64,000 bases of DNA, from contig CAZVYM010000008.1 of assembly GCA_964630935.1 (NCBI GenBank), forward strand, positions 1,241-65,240, read 5' to 3'. Under the pieces are notes generated by a model that was not told the DNA's origin, did no database searches, and worked only from the letters and a program-made list of their open reading frames with translations. This document shows, piece by piece, positions 1 to 9,445 of this stretch (positions are counted from its first letter, which is position 1; each line of letters opens with the position of its first letter). This stretch comes from an uncultured Gemmatimonadaceae bacterium (GTDB lineage Bacteria; Gemmatimonadota; Gemmatimonadetes; Longimicrobiales; Gaopeijiaceae). Made by a program: the position numbers and the translations under genes.

Positions 1-129
1 TGCCGCCTCGAGGCGCTCCAGAGCCACCGGGTCCACATCCGCCACGGTCACGGAGAAGTCGTCGACGGCCGTGAGGTCACGCACGATCGCGCCGCCTACG
101 CGGCCGCCTCCCAACACCACGATGTTCAG
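1..129 (-). CDS. partial CDS (N-terminus only, continues off the left edge): NAD(P)-binding Rossmann-fold protein, saccharopine-dehydrogenase-like
   Basis: Reverse-strand translation reads LNIVVLGGGRVGGAIVRDLTAVDDFSVTVADVDPVALERLEAA (GxGxxG fold followed by an acidic residue). AAGGAGG lies at 135-141. The start codon is unresolved (CTG 129 or GTG 120). It is absent from the ORF track because it is truncated. Confidence 0.4.
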   Translation of the reverse strand, partial: MNIVVLGGGRVGGAIVRDLTAVDDFSVTVADVDPVALERLEAA

Positions 130-250
130 GATCGCCTCCTTGTTTCGGTGGATGTCCGGACCCGGAATGACGGTGTTTGCGCGGTGGTGTGCAAGTCCCC
201 GGGGGACGCACGTCATACGGGTCGACAGCGACATCGAACCGGGAGGGAGC

Positions 251-2515
251 ATGAACGGGCTGAGACGAATCGTGTCGGCGGTTCTGGCGGGGGGTGCGCT
301 GGGGGCCGGAGCCATGCTCGGGGGGGCGGCGCCCGTGGCGGCACAGGGGTGGATCGAGCCACCGGTGAGGGTCCACGACGGGTGGGCCGTGCACAAGGTG
401 CGCAGTGACGTTCAGGTGCACATCCGGGGCAGGGTGGCCCGGGTGGAGGTGTCGGAGTGGTTCCGCAACGACGGAGGGCGCCTGGCCGAAGGGGAATATC
501 TCTATCCGCTCCCCGGGGAGGCCGTCTTCCAGGGATTCTCGCTCTTCCAGGGCGACGCCGAGCTGAGGGGCGAGATCATGGATCGGAACCGGGCGCGGGG
601 CATCTACGAGGAGATCGTCCGCAGGCGCCGCGACCCCGCGCTCATCGAATTGGCGGGTCAGGGTCTCCTGCGTGCCAAGATCTTCCCGATCCAGCCCGGC
701 GAGGAGCGCCGGGTGAGCCTGCGCTACACCCAGGTTCTGGAGCGGGCGGGAGACGCGCTCCAACTTCGATACCAGGGCGCGGTGCCCGGGAGCGCCGTCG
801 TGGCGGCCGGGCGGGCGCCCGATCTCGAGCACAGGGAGATGCCGCGGTCCACGACATCGAGCTTCCGCGTCGTGGTCGAGGACGGCGACGGCTTCCTCGA
901 GCCGTTCTCGCCGACGCACACCCTGGAAGTGCATCGGTCCGGGGGGCGGATGACGGTGGAGATCCCCGGTCGGATCACAGGCCGCCTCTCCCTCTTCCTT
1001 CCGCTCAAAGGCGAGGCCGTCGGGCTCTCGCTCGTCACGCACCGGCTTCCCGGTGAGGACGGCTACTTCATGCTCACGCTCTCGCCGGGATCCGTGAAGG
1101 TCGACGCGGAGCCCCGCGACGTGACCGTAGTGCTGGACGTGTCCGGCTCCATGGCAGGCGGCAAGATCGAGCAGGCGCGCCAGGCGCTCCACGGGATCCT
1201 GGGCACCCTCGGCCCGTCCGACCGCTTCCGACTCCTCGCCTTCTCCAACGCGGTGCGCATGCAGAGCACCGGGTGGAGTCGGCCCCGGGGGCAGGAGCTG
1301 GAGCGGGCGAACCGCTGGGTCGACGCGCTCGTGGCCGACGGAGGGACGAACATCGGGGCCGCGCTCGACGAGGCGTTCCGCCTCGAGAGCCCGGAAGACC
1401 GGCTTCCCGTGGTGATCTTCCTCACCGACGGGCTCCCGACCGTGGGCGAGACCTCGGCCGAGAGCCTGGCGGAGCGCGCCGAGGCGTGTGCCGGGCGCGT
1501 ACGGCTGTTCGCCTTCGGCGTGGGCCACGACGTGAACACGATGCTCCTCGACCGGCTGGGGAAGGCGGGCCGGGGAAGCACCGAGTACGTCGAGCCGGGA
1601 GAGAACGTGGAGCGCGCGATGAGTCTGTTGGCCGCGAAGATCCAGCACCCTGTCCTCACCGACCTGGAGATCGCCCGCGCGCCGGTCGAGCTGGACGAGA
1701 TCTATCCGGTGAGCATTCCCGACGTCTTCGCCGGCGAAGATCTAGTGTTGTTCGGGCGCTACCACGGCCAGGGCGAAGGTCGGCTCGAAGTGCGCGGAAA
1801 ACGTGCCGGCTCGACCGCCTCCTTCGGGACCGGCGTGTCGTTTCCGAAGGAGAGTGACGCGAACGGCTACATTCCGCGTCTGTGGGCGTCGCGGAAGCTC
1901 GGATACCTGACGCGCCAGATCTGGACCGAGGGCAAGACCGAGAGCCTCGTGGAGCAGATCCGCGCGCTGGCGCTGCGGTACGGGCTGCCCAGCGAGTATA
2001 CGTCCTACCTGGTGCAGGAGCCCGAGGTAGTGATGGGTGGTGGCAGGAATCGGACGATCGTTCCCGGACGGCCGGCGAGCCCGGTGTCGGCTCCGACCAC
2101 CGGCGCGATCGCCGTGCAGCGCGCCGCGGAAGCGAAGGCGCTTCGCGACGTGACGTCGATGGGCAAGCTGGCCGCGGCCGAAGCTTCGCTCGAGGAGCGC
2201 GTGCGCACGGACGGAGACGCCGCGTCGACGCGCATGGTGGCGGGTAGGCTCTTCCACCTTGAAGACGGGGTATGGAAGGACGGGGCGATGACCCCCGACC
2301 AGGAGGTTGTGCACGTGAAGGCGTTCAGCGCAGCGTACTTCCAGATCCTGGGTGCGCTTCCCGAGCTGAAGCTCGTGCTCGGAACGCTGAACCCCGTGAT
2401 CGTCGCGGGACGGAAGGTGGCTGTCGAAGTCGGGAGCGAAGGCATCGAGAAGCTCGAGCAGGGCCGTGTGCGGGAGCTGGTGAGCCGCTTCCGTGGGCCC
2501 GGTGGAGCACGGTGA
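251..2515 (+). CDS. exported VIT-domain / von Willebrand factor type A (vWA) protein
   Basis: ORF 71..2515. I moved the start to ATG 251, which has GGGAGGGA just upstream and gives the signal peptide MNGLRRIVSAVLAGGALGAGAMLGGAAPVAAQ. There is an N-terminal VIT-like region, a vWA MIDAS motif DxSxS (VVLDVSGSMAGGK) and the downstream block IFLTDGLPT. Confidence 0.85.
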   Translation: MNGLRRIVSAVLAGGALGAGAMLGGAAPVAAQGWIEPPVRVHDGWAVHKVRSDVQVHIRGRVARVEVSEWFRNDGGRLAEGEYLYPLPGEAVFQGFSLFQGDAELRGEIMDRNRARGIYEEIVRRRRDPALIELAGQGLLRAKIFPIQPGEERRVSLRYTQVLERAGDALQLRYQGAVPGSAVVAAGRAPDLEHREMPRSTTSSFRVVVEDGDGFLEPFSPTHTLEVHRSGGRMTVEIPGRITGRLSLFLPLKGEAVGLSLVTHRLPGEDGYFMLTLSPGSVKVDAEPRDVTVVLDVSGSMAGGKIEQARQALHGILGTLGPSDRFRLLAFSNAVRMQSTGWSRPRGQELERANRWVDALVADGGTNIGAALDEAFRLESPEDRLPVVIFLTDGLPTVGETSAESLAERAEACAGRVRLFAFGVGHDVNTMLLDRLGKAGRGSTEYVEPGENVERAMSLLAAKIQHPVLTDLEIARAPVELDEIYPVSIPDVFAGEDLVLFGRYHGQGEGRLEVRGKRAGSTASFGTGVSFPKESDANGYIPRLWASRKLGYLTRQIWTEGKTESLVEQIRALALRYGLPSEYTSYLVQEPEVVMGGGRNRTIVPGRPASPVSAPTTGAIAVQRAAEAKALRDVTSMGKLAAAEASLEERVRTDGDAASTRMVAGRLFHLEDGVWKDGAMTPDQEVVHVKAFSAAYFQILGALPELKLVLGTLNPVIVAGRKVAVEVGSEGIEKLEQGRVRELVSRFRGPGGAR

Positions 2516-3021
2516 GCGTCGACTGGAGCGAGCTGTACCGAACGACCTTCCCGGACCTGGTCCGGTTCCTCCACCGAAAGGTGTGGGATCCGGACCGGGC
2601 GAGGGACCTGGCGCAGGAGGCGTTCGTCCGCGCCCTGAGCCACCGTCCTCGACGTGCCCGGGCGTGGCTCTTCCAGGTGGCGGCGAACCTGGCGCGCGAC
2701 GAGGCCCGCACGGTCCTGCGTCGCCGACGGCACCTGGCTCTGCTCAAGAGCGAGATGTCGGAGCGGCAGGAGGCCGTTCCGGATCCGACCCGGGCGATGG
2801 AAGAGCGGGAGCGGTTGCGCACCGTGCGCGCGGCGCTCGATGCGCTCACGGAGCGCGATCGGGAGGTGCTGCTCCTCTGGGACGCCGGACAGAGCTACAC
2901 GGAGATCGCGGAGCAGACGGGTCTGGCGGTGAGCGCCGTGGGAACGACGCTCGCCCGGGCCCGGCGGAGGTTGGTGGAAGCATATGAAGCGACGGAGGAA
3001 GGCCATGTCGCACGTCACTGA
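2512..3021 (+). CDS. ECF-type RNA polymerase sigma-70 family factor
   Basis: GTG 2512 overlaps the upstream stop TGA 2513-2515. Region 2 is present (RDLAQEAFVRAL, WLFQVAANLARDE), as is the region 4 HTH (SYTEIAEQTGLAVSAVGTTLARARRRL). Confidence 0.85.
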   Translation: MSVDWSELYRTTFPDLVRFLHRKVWDPDRARDLAQEAFVRALSHRPRRARAWLFQVAANLARDEARTVLRRRRHLALLKSEMSERQEAVPDPTRAMEERERLRTVRAALDALTERDREVLLLWDAGQSYTEIAEQTGLAVSAVGTTLARARRRLVEAYEATEEGHVARH

Positions 3022-4279
3022 TGGCGATCTGCACGCCTGGTTGGACGGCGCCCTGGACGAGCTGGGCGACGCCGAAGCCGAGCGGGTCCGCAGTCACCTC
3101 GACGGGTGTGAGGTGTGCAGACGCCGCCTGGAGGAGGAGCGGCACATCCGTGAGGCCGCGGGCCGGATCCTCTCGGCCGCCGCGCCGGACGTGCGGCTTC
3201 CCACCCTGGAGGAGCTCCGCTCGGTGGCCGTCGCGCGCGAGACCCGGGTGCGATCGGGGCGTCGAATCCAACGGCTGGCCTGGGCGGCCTCCGTGGTGGT
3301 GGCCCTTGGAACGGGGTGGATGCTCCGCGGAGAGTGGTCGGTGGGCCCGAGAGCCTCGAACGCGGCGGCGGAGCCGTCCGTGAGCAGTCCCGAGACGGCG
3401 GGTGAGCCGACGCCTCGGAAGGCGGCGGAAACGGAGACGCCAGCGCCGTCCGCGACGCGGCAACCCGAGGTGGCTTCGGATGAGAGCGCGGGGAAGATGC
3501 CTGCGGACGCCGATCGCTCCCGGACCGTCGGGCAGGCGATGGGCGGGGCGGAGCCGCCGGCGGGAGCCGGTGCCGGGCAGAGGAACGCGGAGACATCGCT
3601 GGAGGATCGGAAGGTGGAGACCCTTCGGCGGCCGGCGACGCCTGTCATCGCGGGAGATGCCGCGGAGCGGAAGGTGTCGCAGGAGTCCGCGAGCCCGGTC
3701 GCGGCGGCCCCGCCGCGACGGGACTCCGGAGCCGTGACGGCGAAGATCCCGGCCGCCGTGCTGGCCGAGAACGTGACCGGCGTGGACACCGGCGCGAAGG
3801 CCGTCCTGCGATCGCTTCCGCGCACCGACTCCGTCCCGAACATCCTGTCCCCGGAGTTCGTCCGCCTGAGCGCGGCGGACACCTCGGCATTGCGCGGCGC
3901 CGCGCAGACTTCCAGCCAGGCGGCCGGCATCGCCGCGGCGCGCCCGGCGGCGAAAGCGGTCGCGCGGGAAGACGGAGCGATCGTGGCACGCCAGGAGTCC
4001 TCGGGCTCCCTGGCGGTGCCGGGTCTCTTCGTTCTGTCCGTGACCCGCCTGGATGCCGACGGAGCGCCGGGAGGTGTGCGCGTGCTGCAGCTCCTGTCGT
4101 CGGGCGACACCCTCGAGCTGGTCCACCTGCCGCCGAATCGTACGCCGCGACTGACGGACGAGCCGGCTCACGGCTTGACGGAGCTCACCATCCCGCAGCC
4201 GGACGGCTGGCTGATCGCTCGCGCAAAGCTGCCGAGGGACTCCCTCCAGGCTCTGGTGGACCGGCTGGGGAGTCGTTGA
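3005..4279 (+). CDS. zinc-binding (ZAS-type) anti-sigma factor, single-pass membrane protein
   Basis: ATG 3005 (alternative 2984) overlaps the sigma gene 3' end. It has the H-x3-C-x2-C motif (HLDGCEVC), one TM helix (LAWAASVVVALGTGWML), an Ala/Pro-rich linker and a C-terminal extracytoplasmic domain. Confidence 0.75.
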   Translation: MSHVTDGDLHAWLDGALDELGDAEAERVRSHLDGCEVCRRRLEEERHIREAAGRILSAAAPDVRLPTLEELRSVAVARETRVRSGRRIQRLAWAASVVVALGTGWMLRGEWSVGPRASNAAAEPSVSSPETAGEPTPRKAAETETPAPSATRQPEVASDESAGKMPADADRSRTVGQAMGGAEPPAGAGAGQRNAETSLEDRKVETLRRPATPVIAGDAAERKVSQESASPVAAAPPRRDSGAVTAKIPAAVLAENVTGVDTGAKAVLRSLPRTDSVPNILSPEFVRLSAADTSALRGAAQTSSQAAGIAAARPAAKAVAREDGAIVARQESSGSLAVPGLFVLSVTRLDADGAPGGVRVLQLLSSGDTLELVHLPPNRTPRLTDEPAHGLTELTIPQPDGWLIARAKLPRDSLQALVDRLGSR

Positions 4280-4527
4280 CTTCGCGGTCGTGTCCTCCCG
4301 GGCGCGATCTCGTCCGCGCTCCCGGCACCCTCGCGTCCGACCTCCCTACGTGACCGCGCCCGGGACCACCTGAAGCGACCGCGTTCGACCCCTCTGGTGC
4401 GATCGCCTCCGGCGCCCCACTCTGTCAGATCCTGCCCACCGGTCTTTCGATCCTGGAACGCCGCACCCGGGGCGAGACGCATTCGCTTCCCCGCGGCCCC
4501 GTCGCACCATTCGCACAGGCTCCCGAG

Positions 4528-6072
4528 ATGAAGAAGCTCTTCCTGGCAGGGCTGGTGGCATTGCTGGCGCCGGTCCCCATGCTGGCCCAGAGCACGGCCG
4601 CGACCTCGAGCGCGAACCGTGCCGCCGACGTCATCACCGCGAAGGACTACCTCTGGCGGGTGGGCGTCATCTCCGCCGACTCGATGAGAGGGCGGAACAC
4701 ACCCAGCCCCGAGCTCGACCAGACGGCCGAGTGGATCGCCTCGGAGTTCAAGCGCATGGGGCTCCGCGGGGGCCTCCCCGACGGCTCGTTCATCCAGCGC
4801 TACCCGCTGGAGGAGACCACGGTGGACACCGCGGCCTCCAGGCTCTCCGCGTCCGACGGCTCGATCCTGCGCTTCGGCAGGGACTTCGTCGCGGGCGGGC
4901 GCGGCGGCGGCGCCGATGCCGACGCGAGTGGCGGCTTCGTGGTCGTTTCCGGCTCCTCGGAGTCCGGAGCCGAGCTGGATCCCTCCGCGTTGTCCGGCAA
5001 GCACGTCGTCGTCCTGATGGGCGGGGGCAACTACCGCGCGCTGCGGCCCATCCTGTCGGCGCTCCGGACGGCGGCGCCGGCCTCGATCCTCATGGTCAGT
5101 GCGACGGACGATGCCCAGTGGGCCGGCGTCGCGTCGCGCGGGATGCGCCCCTCCGTGCGGCGCGTGTCCGAAGGCGCCGGGCCTGGCATGGCCGGCGGGA
5201 CGCCGATGCTCCAGGTCCGGGCTTCCTCGCTCGAACGCCTGCTGGGCGCCCACGGCATCTCCCTCGGAGATCTACAGGCGCGGACCGACCAGCCGCTGCG
5301 CGTCGATCAGGTCGCCGACCTGACCGCCTCGCTCACGATTCGCACCCATGCACGGCCCACCAGCGCTCCGAACGTCGTGGCGATCCTGGACGGCAGCGAT
5401 CCGGTGCTGAAGAACGAGTACGTGCTCTTCTCCGGGCACATGGACCACCTGGGCGTCGGCGCGCCCGACGCCACCGGTGACAGCATCTTCAACGGCGCCG
5501 ACGACGATGCTTCCGGAACGGTGGCGGTCATGGAGGTGGCTCGCGCCATGGCCGCGCTGCCGGTCCGCCCCGAGCGCTCGACCATCTTCCTCACGGTGAG
5601 CGGCGAGGAGAAGGGCCTCTGGGGCAGCTCGTACTACGCGGACCATCCGTCCGTGCCGATCGACCGGATCGTGGCGGATCTCAACTCGGACATGGTCGGG
5701 CGGAACTGGCCGGACACGATCGTGGCGATCGGAAAAGAGCACTCCGACCTCGGCACCACGCTGGAGCGCGTAAACGCGGCGCACCCCGAGCTCGACATGA
5801 ACGCGATCGACGACCGTTGGCCGGAGGAGAACTTCTACCGCCGCTCCGACCACTTCAACTTCGCCAGAAAAGGTGTGCCGATCCTGTTCTTCTTCAACGG
5901 CACGCACGAGGACTACCACCGCGTGAGCGACGAGGTCTCGAAGATCGACGGCGACAAGGCGGCCCGCATCTCCAAGCTGGTGTTCTACCTGGGGCTCGAT
6001 GTCGCGAACGCCCCGGAACGACCGAAGTGGAACCCCGAGAGCTACAAGGAGATCGTCACCGGAGGATCCTGA
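4528..6072 (+). CDS. secreted M28-family aminopeptidase (with PA-like insert)
   Basis: Signal peptide MKKLFLAGLVALLAPVPMLAQ. M28 metal-ligand blocks are present: SGHMDHLG, NGADDDASG, SGEEKGLWGS, NSDMVG and HEDYH. Confidence 0.9.
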   Translation: MKKLFLAGLVALLAPVPMLAQSTAATSSANRAADVITAKDYLWRVGVISADSMRGRNTPSPELDQTAEWIASEFKRMGLRGGLPDGSFIQRYPLEETTVDTAASRLSASDGSILRFGRDFVAGGRGGGADADASGGFVVVSGSSESGAELDPSALSGKHVVVLMGGGNYRALRPILSALRTAAPASILMVSATDDAQWAGVASRGMRPSVRRVSEGAGPGMAGGTPMLQVRASSLERLLGAHGISLGDLQARTDQPLRVDQVADLTASLTIRTHARPTSAPNVVAILDGSDPVLKNEYVLFSGHMDHLGVGAPDATGDSIFNGADDDASGTVAVMEVARAMAALPVRPERSTIFLTVSGEEKGLWGSSYYADHPSVPIDRIVADLNSDMVGRNWPDTIVAIGKEHSDLGTTLERVNAAHPELDMNAIDDRWPEENFYRRSDHFNFARKGVPILFFFNGTHEDYHRVSDEVSKIDGDKAARISKLVFYLGLDVANAPERPKWNPESYKEIVTGGS

Positions 6073-6114
6073 TCCCAGGGCATGCGGCGTCCTCCGTGGA
6101 GGACGCCACGAGCG

Positions 6115-6423
6115 TCAATTCGGATCGCCGTTCGTGCCGGGATAGTGCCTGAACAGATGGCTCAGCCCGAGCGCCCCGAGCACGCGCTCCGTCGCCGGCG
6201 GAAGGGCCCGGACCCATACACGGTCGTCCGGGCCCGCCCGCAGCCGGGCCGTGAGGATCATCGCCAGATCCAGCAATTTCGGGCGATGCAGGCCGGTGAA
6301 GTCGTAGACGAAGTCGTCTCGGTCGTGACGGTCGGTCGACGGGTCCTGCCCGGACGCCGCCACGGGAGCGAGGAGTCCGGTGCCGCCTTTCATGCGTCCG
6401 TCGTCTCGTCCATTCGCGTCCAT
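6115..6423 (-). CDS. small hypothetical protein with a STAS-like C-terminal half
   Basis: ATG 6423 is preceded by GGAGG, and GC3 is high. The segment VYDFTGL..LLDLAMILTARLRA..VWVRALPPATERVLGALGLSHLF resembles the beta3-alpha2-beta4-alpha3 part of anti-sigma-antagonist/STAS folds. The N-terminal half looks disordered. Confidence 0.4.
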   Translation of the reverse strand: MDANGRDDGRMKGGTGLLAPVAASGQDPSTDRHDRDDFVYDFTGLHRPKLLDLAMILTARLRAGPDDRVWVRALPPATERVLGALGLSHLFRHYPGTNGDPN

Positions 6424-6647
6424 GGTATCCTCCCCGCCGATGTCGAAATCGCCTGGTCCGCCAGGCCTCACTTCCCCTATGGGTCAAGAGTCGTGCCACC
6501 ACGCGGTCGTAAAATATCTGCCATGATGGCAGGAATGATTCTGGGGGACGGAGTTGGGCGATTCCATGGCGGGATGCGACGCTCTGGTCCGAAACGTGTA
6601 GAAGAAGAAGATTGGATGAAGCAGACGCGTTCATCGGGAGGGAGCTC

Positions 6648-7199
6648 ATGGGCACGATGACACGGACAGCGACAATCGCCTTGGTACTCACGTGCGCCGC
6701 CTACGGACTCGCGGCGCAGGAAGACCAGGGGACCGATCGGGCCGCGTACTTCCAGGCCGTGGCGGAGTTTTATCACATGCCGAAGAACGAGATCTCGATC
6801 CTGGGTGACTGGGACCTTCCGCCGGACCAGATTCCGGTGGTCCTGTTCATCGCCCGGCGCGCGGGTGTCTCGCCGGAGGCGATCCTCGCGCTCCGTCGGT
6901 CGGGCCAGAGCTGGGTGGCGCTGTGCCGCCGCTACAAGGTGGATGCGGCGCAGCTGCATGTCCCGCTGGCGGACGGTGCTCCTGCCGGACCGCTGGAGCA
7001 GGTCTACGCTCGATACCGGACGCTCCCGCCGAACCAGTGGGGCGAGATCCAGCTCACGGACCGTGACATCCTCACGCTGGTGAACGTGCGTGTGCTGGCG
7101 CAGACGCTGAAGATGTCGCCGGCCAAGGTCCTGTCGGCCAGCTCCGACAGCGGCTCCTTCGTCGCGGTGTACGCGAACTTGATCCACGGCGCCGAATAA
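6648..7199 (+). CDS. secreted hypothetical protein
   Basis: ATG 6648 follows GGGAGGGAG. The signal peptide is [26 protein letters not shown]3 is consistent with coding. I recognise no family. Confidence 0.6.
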   Translation: MGTMTRTATIALVLTCAAYGLAAQEDQGTDRAAYFQAVAEFYHMPKNEISILGDWDLPPDQIPVVLFIARRAGVSPEAILALRRSGQSWVALCRRYKVDAAQLHVPLADGAPAGPLEQVYARYRTLPPNQWGEIQLTDRDILTLVNVRVLAQTLKMSPAKVLSASSDSGSFVAVYANLIHGAE

Positions 7200-7277
7200 C
7201 GCACCCGCGGCGCCGGACGGCGCACGGACCCGGCGTTCGGACGGCGCCTACCTCGGAGCCTTCCCCCCGAACCGGCC

Positions 7278-7949
7278 ATGACGCGAGCACGATTCATTCC
7301 CCTTCCCGGGTACGAGCGGGTGCCCGAGGACGAGATGCGCCGTCGGGCGGAGGCTTTTCTGGCGCGGATGCGCCTCCGTCGCACGGTGAGGGCCTTCTCA
7401 GACCGGCCGGTGCCTCGCGGTGTCATCGAGCTTTGTCTCCAGGCCGCGGGGACCGCGCCGAGCGGAGCGAATCGCCAGCCTTGGCGCTTCGTGGCCGTGG
7501 GCGATCCGGCGGTCAAGCGGCGCATCCGGGAGGCCGCCGAGGAGGAGGAGCGGGCCTTCTACGGGGAACGGGCGCCCGACGAGTGGCTCGAGGCCCTCTC
7601 GGCGCTCGGGACCGACGAGCACAAACCGTTCCTCGAGAACGCTCCCTGGCTGATCGCCATCTTCGCGGAGTCCTACGAGGTCACCGGCGGGGGCGAGCAC
7701 GTCAAGAACTACTACGTGTCGGAGTCGGTGGGCATCGCCACGGGCATCCTCGTCACCGCGCTGCACCACGCCGGTCTCGTCTCGCTGACCCATACGCCGT
7801 CGCCCATGAAGTTCCTGAATCACATCCTCGGGCGACCCGAGAACGAGCGGCCGTTTCTGCTCCTCGTGGTGGGCTATCCGGAAGAGGGCGCCACGGTTCC
7901 GAAGATCACCAAGAAGCCACTCGACGAGATCGCGGTCTTCCTGGAGTAG
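7278..7949 (+). CDS. nitroreductase-superfamily flavoprotein, iodotyrosine-deiodinase (IYD)-like
   Basis: FMN nitroreductase blocks [19 protein letters not shown] and VGYP are present. A lid segment [34 protein letters not shown] is typical of the IYD subfamily. Confidence 0.85.
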   Translation: MTRARFIPLPGYERVPEDEMRRRAEAFLARMRLRRTVRAFSDRPVPRGVIELCLQAAGTAPSGANRQPWRFVAVGDPAVKRRIREAAEEEERAFYGERAPDEWLEALSALGTDEHKPFLENAPWLIAIFAESYEVTGGGEHVKNYYVSESVGIATGILVTALHHAGLVSLTHTPSPMKFLNHILGRPENERPFLLLVVGYPEEGATVPKITKKPLDEIAVFLE

Positions 7950-8116
7950 CCTTCCACCCGGCCGCACCGCGCTCGCTTCCGCAGCGGCCCCCGGCCTCCC
8001 CGAGGCGACGCTCCGTGCCGCCCGCCCTCCGAGCGCGACCCACTGGAGGTTCCCTCTGGGCCGCGAAGTCGCTACGGTGTCCTCCGCGACCCGCCGCACT
8101 GCACGACAGGGAACGA

Positions 8117-9433
8117 ATGCCGACCATGAAGACGGTCCGCACCACCATCATTCGCCTGCTCTCCTCCATGGCGAGCGCCAGGGAGATCCAGCTCTACCTC
8201 AAGCGGTTTTCCCAGCTCGACGCCGATCGCTTCGCCGTGGTCAAGGTCGGAGGCGCGGTCCTGAGGGATGAGCTCGATCCGCTGGTTTCCTCGCTCGCGT
8301 TCCTGCAACAGGTGGGGCTGACGCCGATCGTGGTCCACGGCGCCGGTCCCCAACTGGACGAAGAGATGGCGGCCGCGGGCATCGAGAAGAAGATCGTCGA
8401 CGGGTTGCGCTACACGTCGCCGGAAGGACTGGCGGTGGTGCGGCGCGTCATGCGACGCGAGAACCTCCGTCTGGTCGATGCGCTCCTCTCGGTGGGCGTG
8501 CGCGCCGCGTCGATCCACGCGGGCGTCTTCGAGTCGGTGGTCCTGGACCGCGAGCGCTACGGGCTGGTCGGCAAGGTCGAGCGGGTGGACATCTCGAGCA
8601 TCGAGGCGGCCATCGAGGCCGATTCGATTCCCGTGATCGCTTCCCTCGGCGAGACTGCGGGCGGCCAGATCGTGAACGTGAATGCCGACTGGTCGGCCAA
8701 CGAGCTCGTGAAGCGCATGCAGCCCTACAAGATCATCTTCCTGACCGGTACGGGCGGGATCCTGGACGAGCGGGGCAAGCTCATCGAGTCGATCAGCCTG
8801 AGCACCCAGTACGAGCATCTGATGGAGCAGCCGTGGATCCACTCGGGGATGCGGGTGAAGCTGGAGCAGATCCACGACCTTCTCATGGACCTGCCGCCCT
8901 CGAGCTCGCTCTCGATCACCACGCCGGACGAGATGGCCAAGGAGCTGTTCACGCATCGAGGCTCGGGCACGCTGGTGCGGCGCGGTGAGGCCATCCGGGC
9001 GTTCGACGGATGGGAAGGGATCGACCTCGATCGGCTCCGCAGGCTGATCGAATCGAGCTTCGGCCGCCGACTCGCGGCCGAGTACTTCGAGGTCACCCGT
9101 CCCCGACGGGTCTACGTGAGCGAGCACTACCGCGCGGCCATCGTGCTCTTGCGGGTGGGCGACCTCACCTACATGGACAAGCTCGCGGTCGGGGAGGAGG
9201 CCCAGGGCGAAGGGCTCGGACGGGCCATCTGGGACGTGATGCGGGCGGAGAACCCCTCGCTCTACTGGCGTTCCCGCAGGGGCAACGGGGTGAACGAATT
9301 CTACTTCGCCAACGCCGAAGGCGCGCGCAAGGAGGGGATCTGGACGGTGTTCTGGTATGGCATCGACGATTGGGCGGCCATCCGCTCCGCCGTCGAGCAT
9401 GCGGTGGCGCGGCCGGCCACGCTCCAGGACTGA
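8117..9433 (+). CDS. bifunctional N-acetylglutamate synthase/kinase, vertebrate-like type (amino-acid kinase domain plus C-terminal NAT domain)
   Basis: ATG 8117 lies inside the long ORF 7433..9433. Amino-acid kinase motifs are present ([31 protein letters not shown]). The C-terminal acetyltransferase-like domain includes [21 protein letters not shown]. Confidence 0.85.
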   Translation: MPTMKTVRTTIIRLLSSMASAREIQLYLKRFSQLDADRFAVVKVGGAVLRDELDPLVSSLAFLQQVGLTPIVVHGAGPQLDEEMAAAGIEKKIVDGLRYTSPEGLAVVRRVMRRENLRLVDALLSVGVRAASIHAGVFESVVLDRERYGLVGKVERVDISSIEAAIEADSIPVIASLGETAGGQIVNVNADWSANELVKRMQPYKIIFLTGTGGILDERGKLIESISLSTQYEHLMEQPWIHSGMRVKLEQIHDLLMDLPPSSSLSITTPDEMAKELFTHRGSGTLVRRGEAIRAFDGWEGIDLDRLRRLIESSFGRRLAAEYFEVTRPRRVYVSEHYRAAIVLLRVGDLTYMDKLAVGEEAQGEGLGRAIWDVMRAENPSLYWRSRRGNGVNEFYFANAEGARKEGIWTVFWYGIDDWAAIRSAVEHAVARPATLQD

Positions 9434-9445
9434 AGAGGTGTCGCC

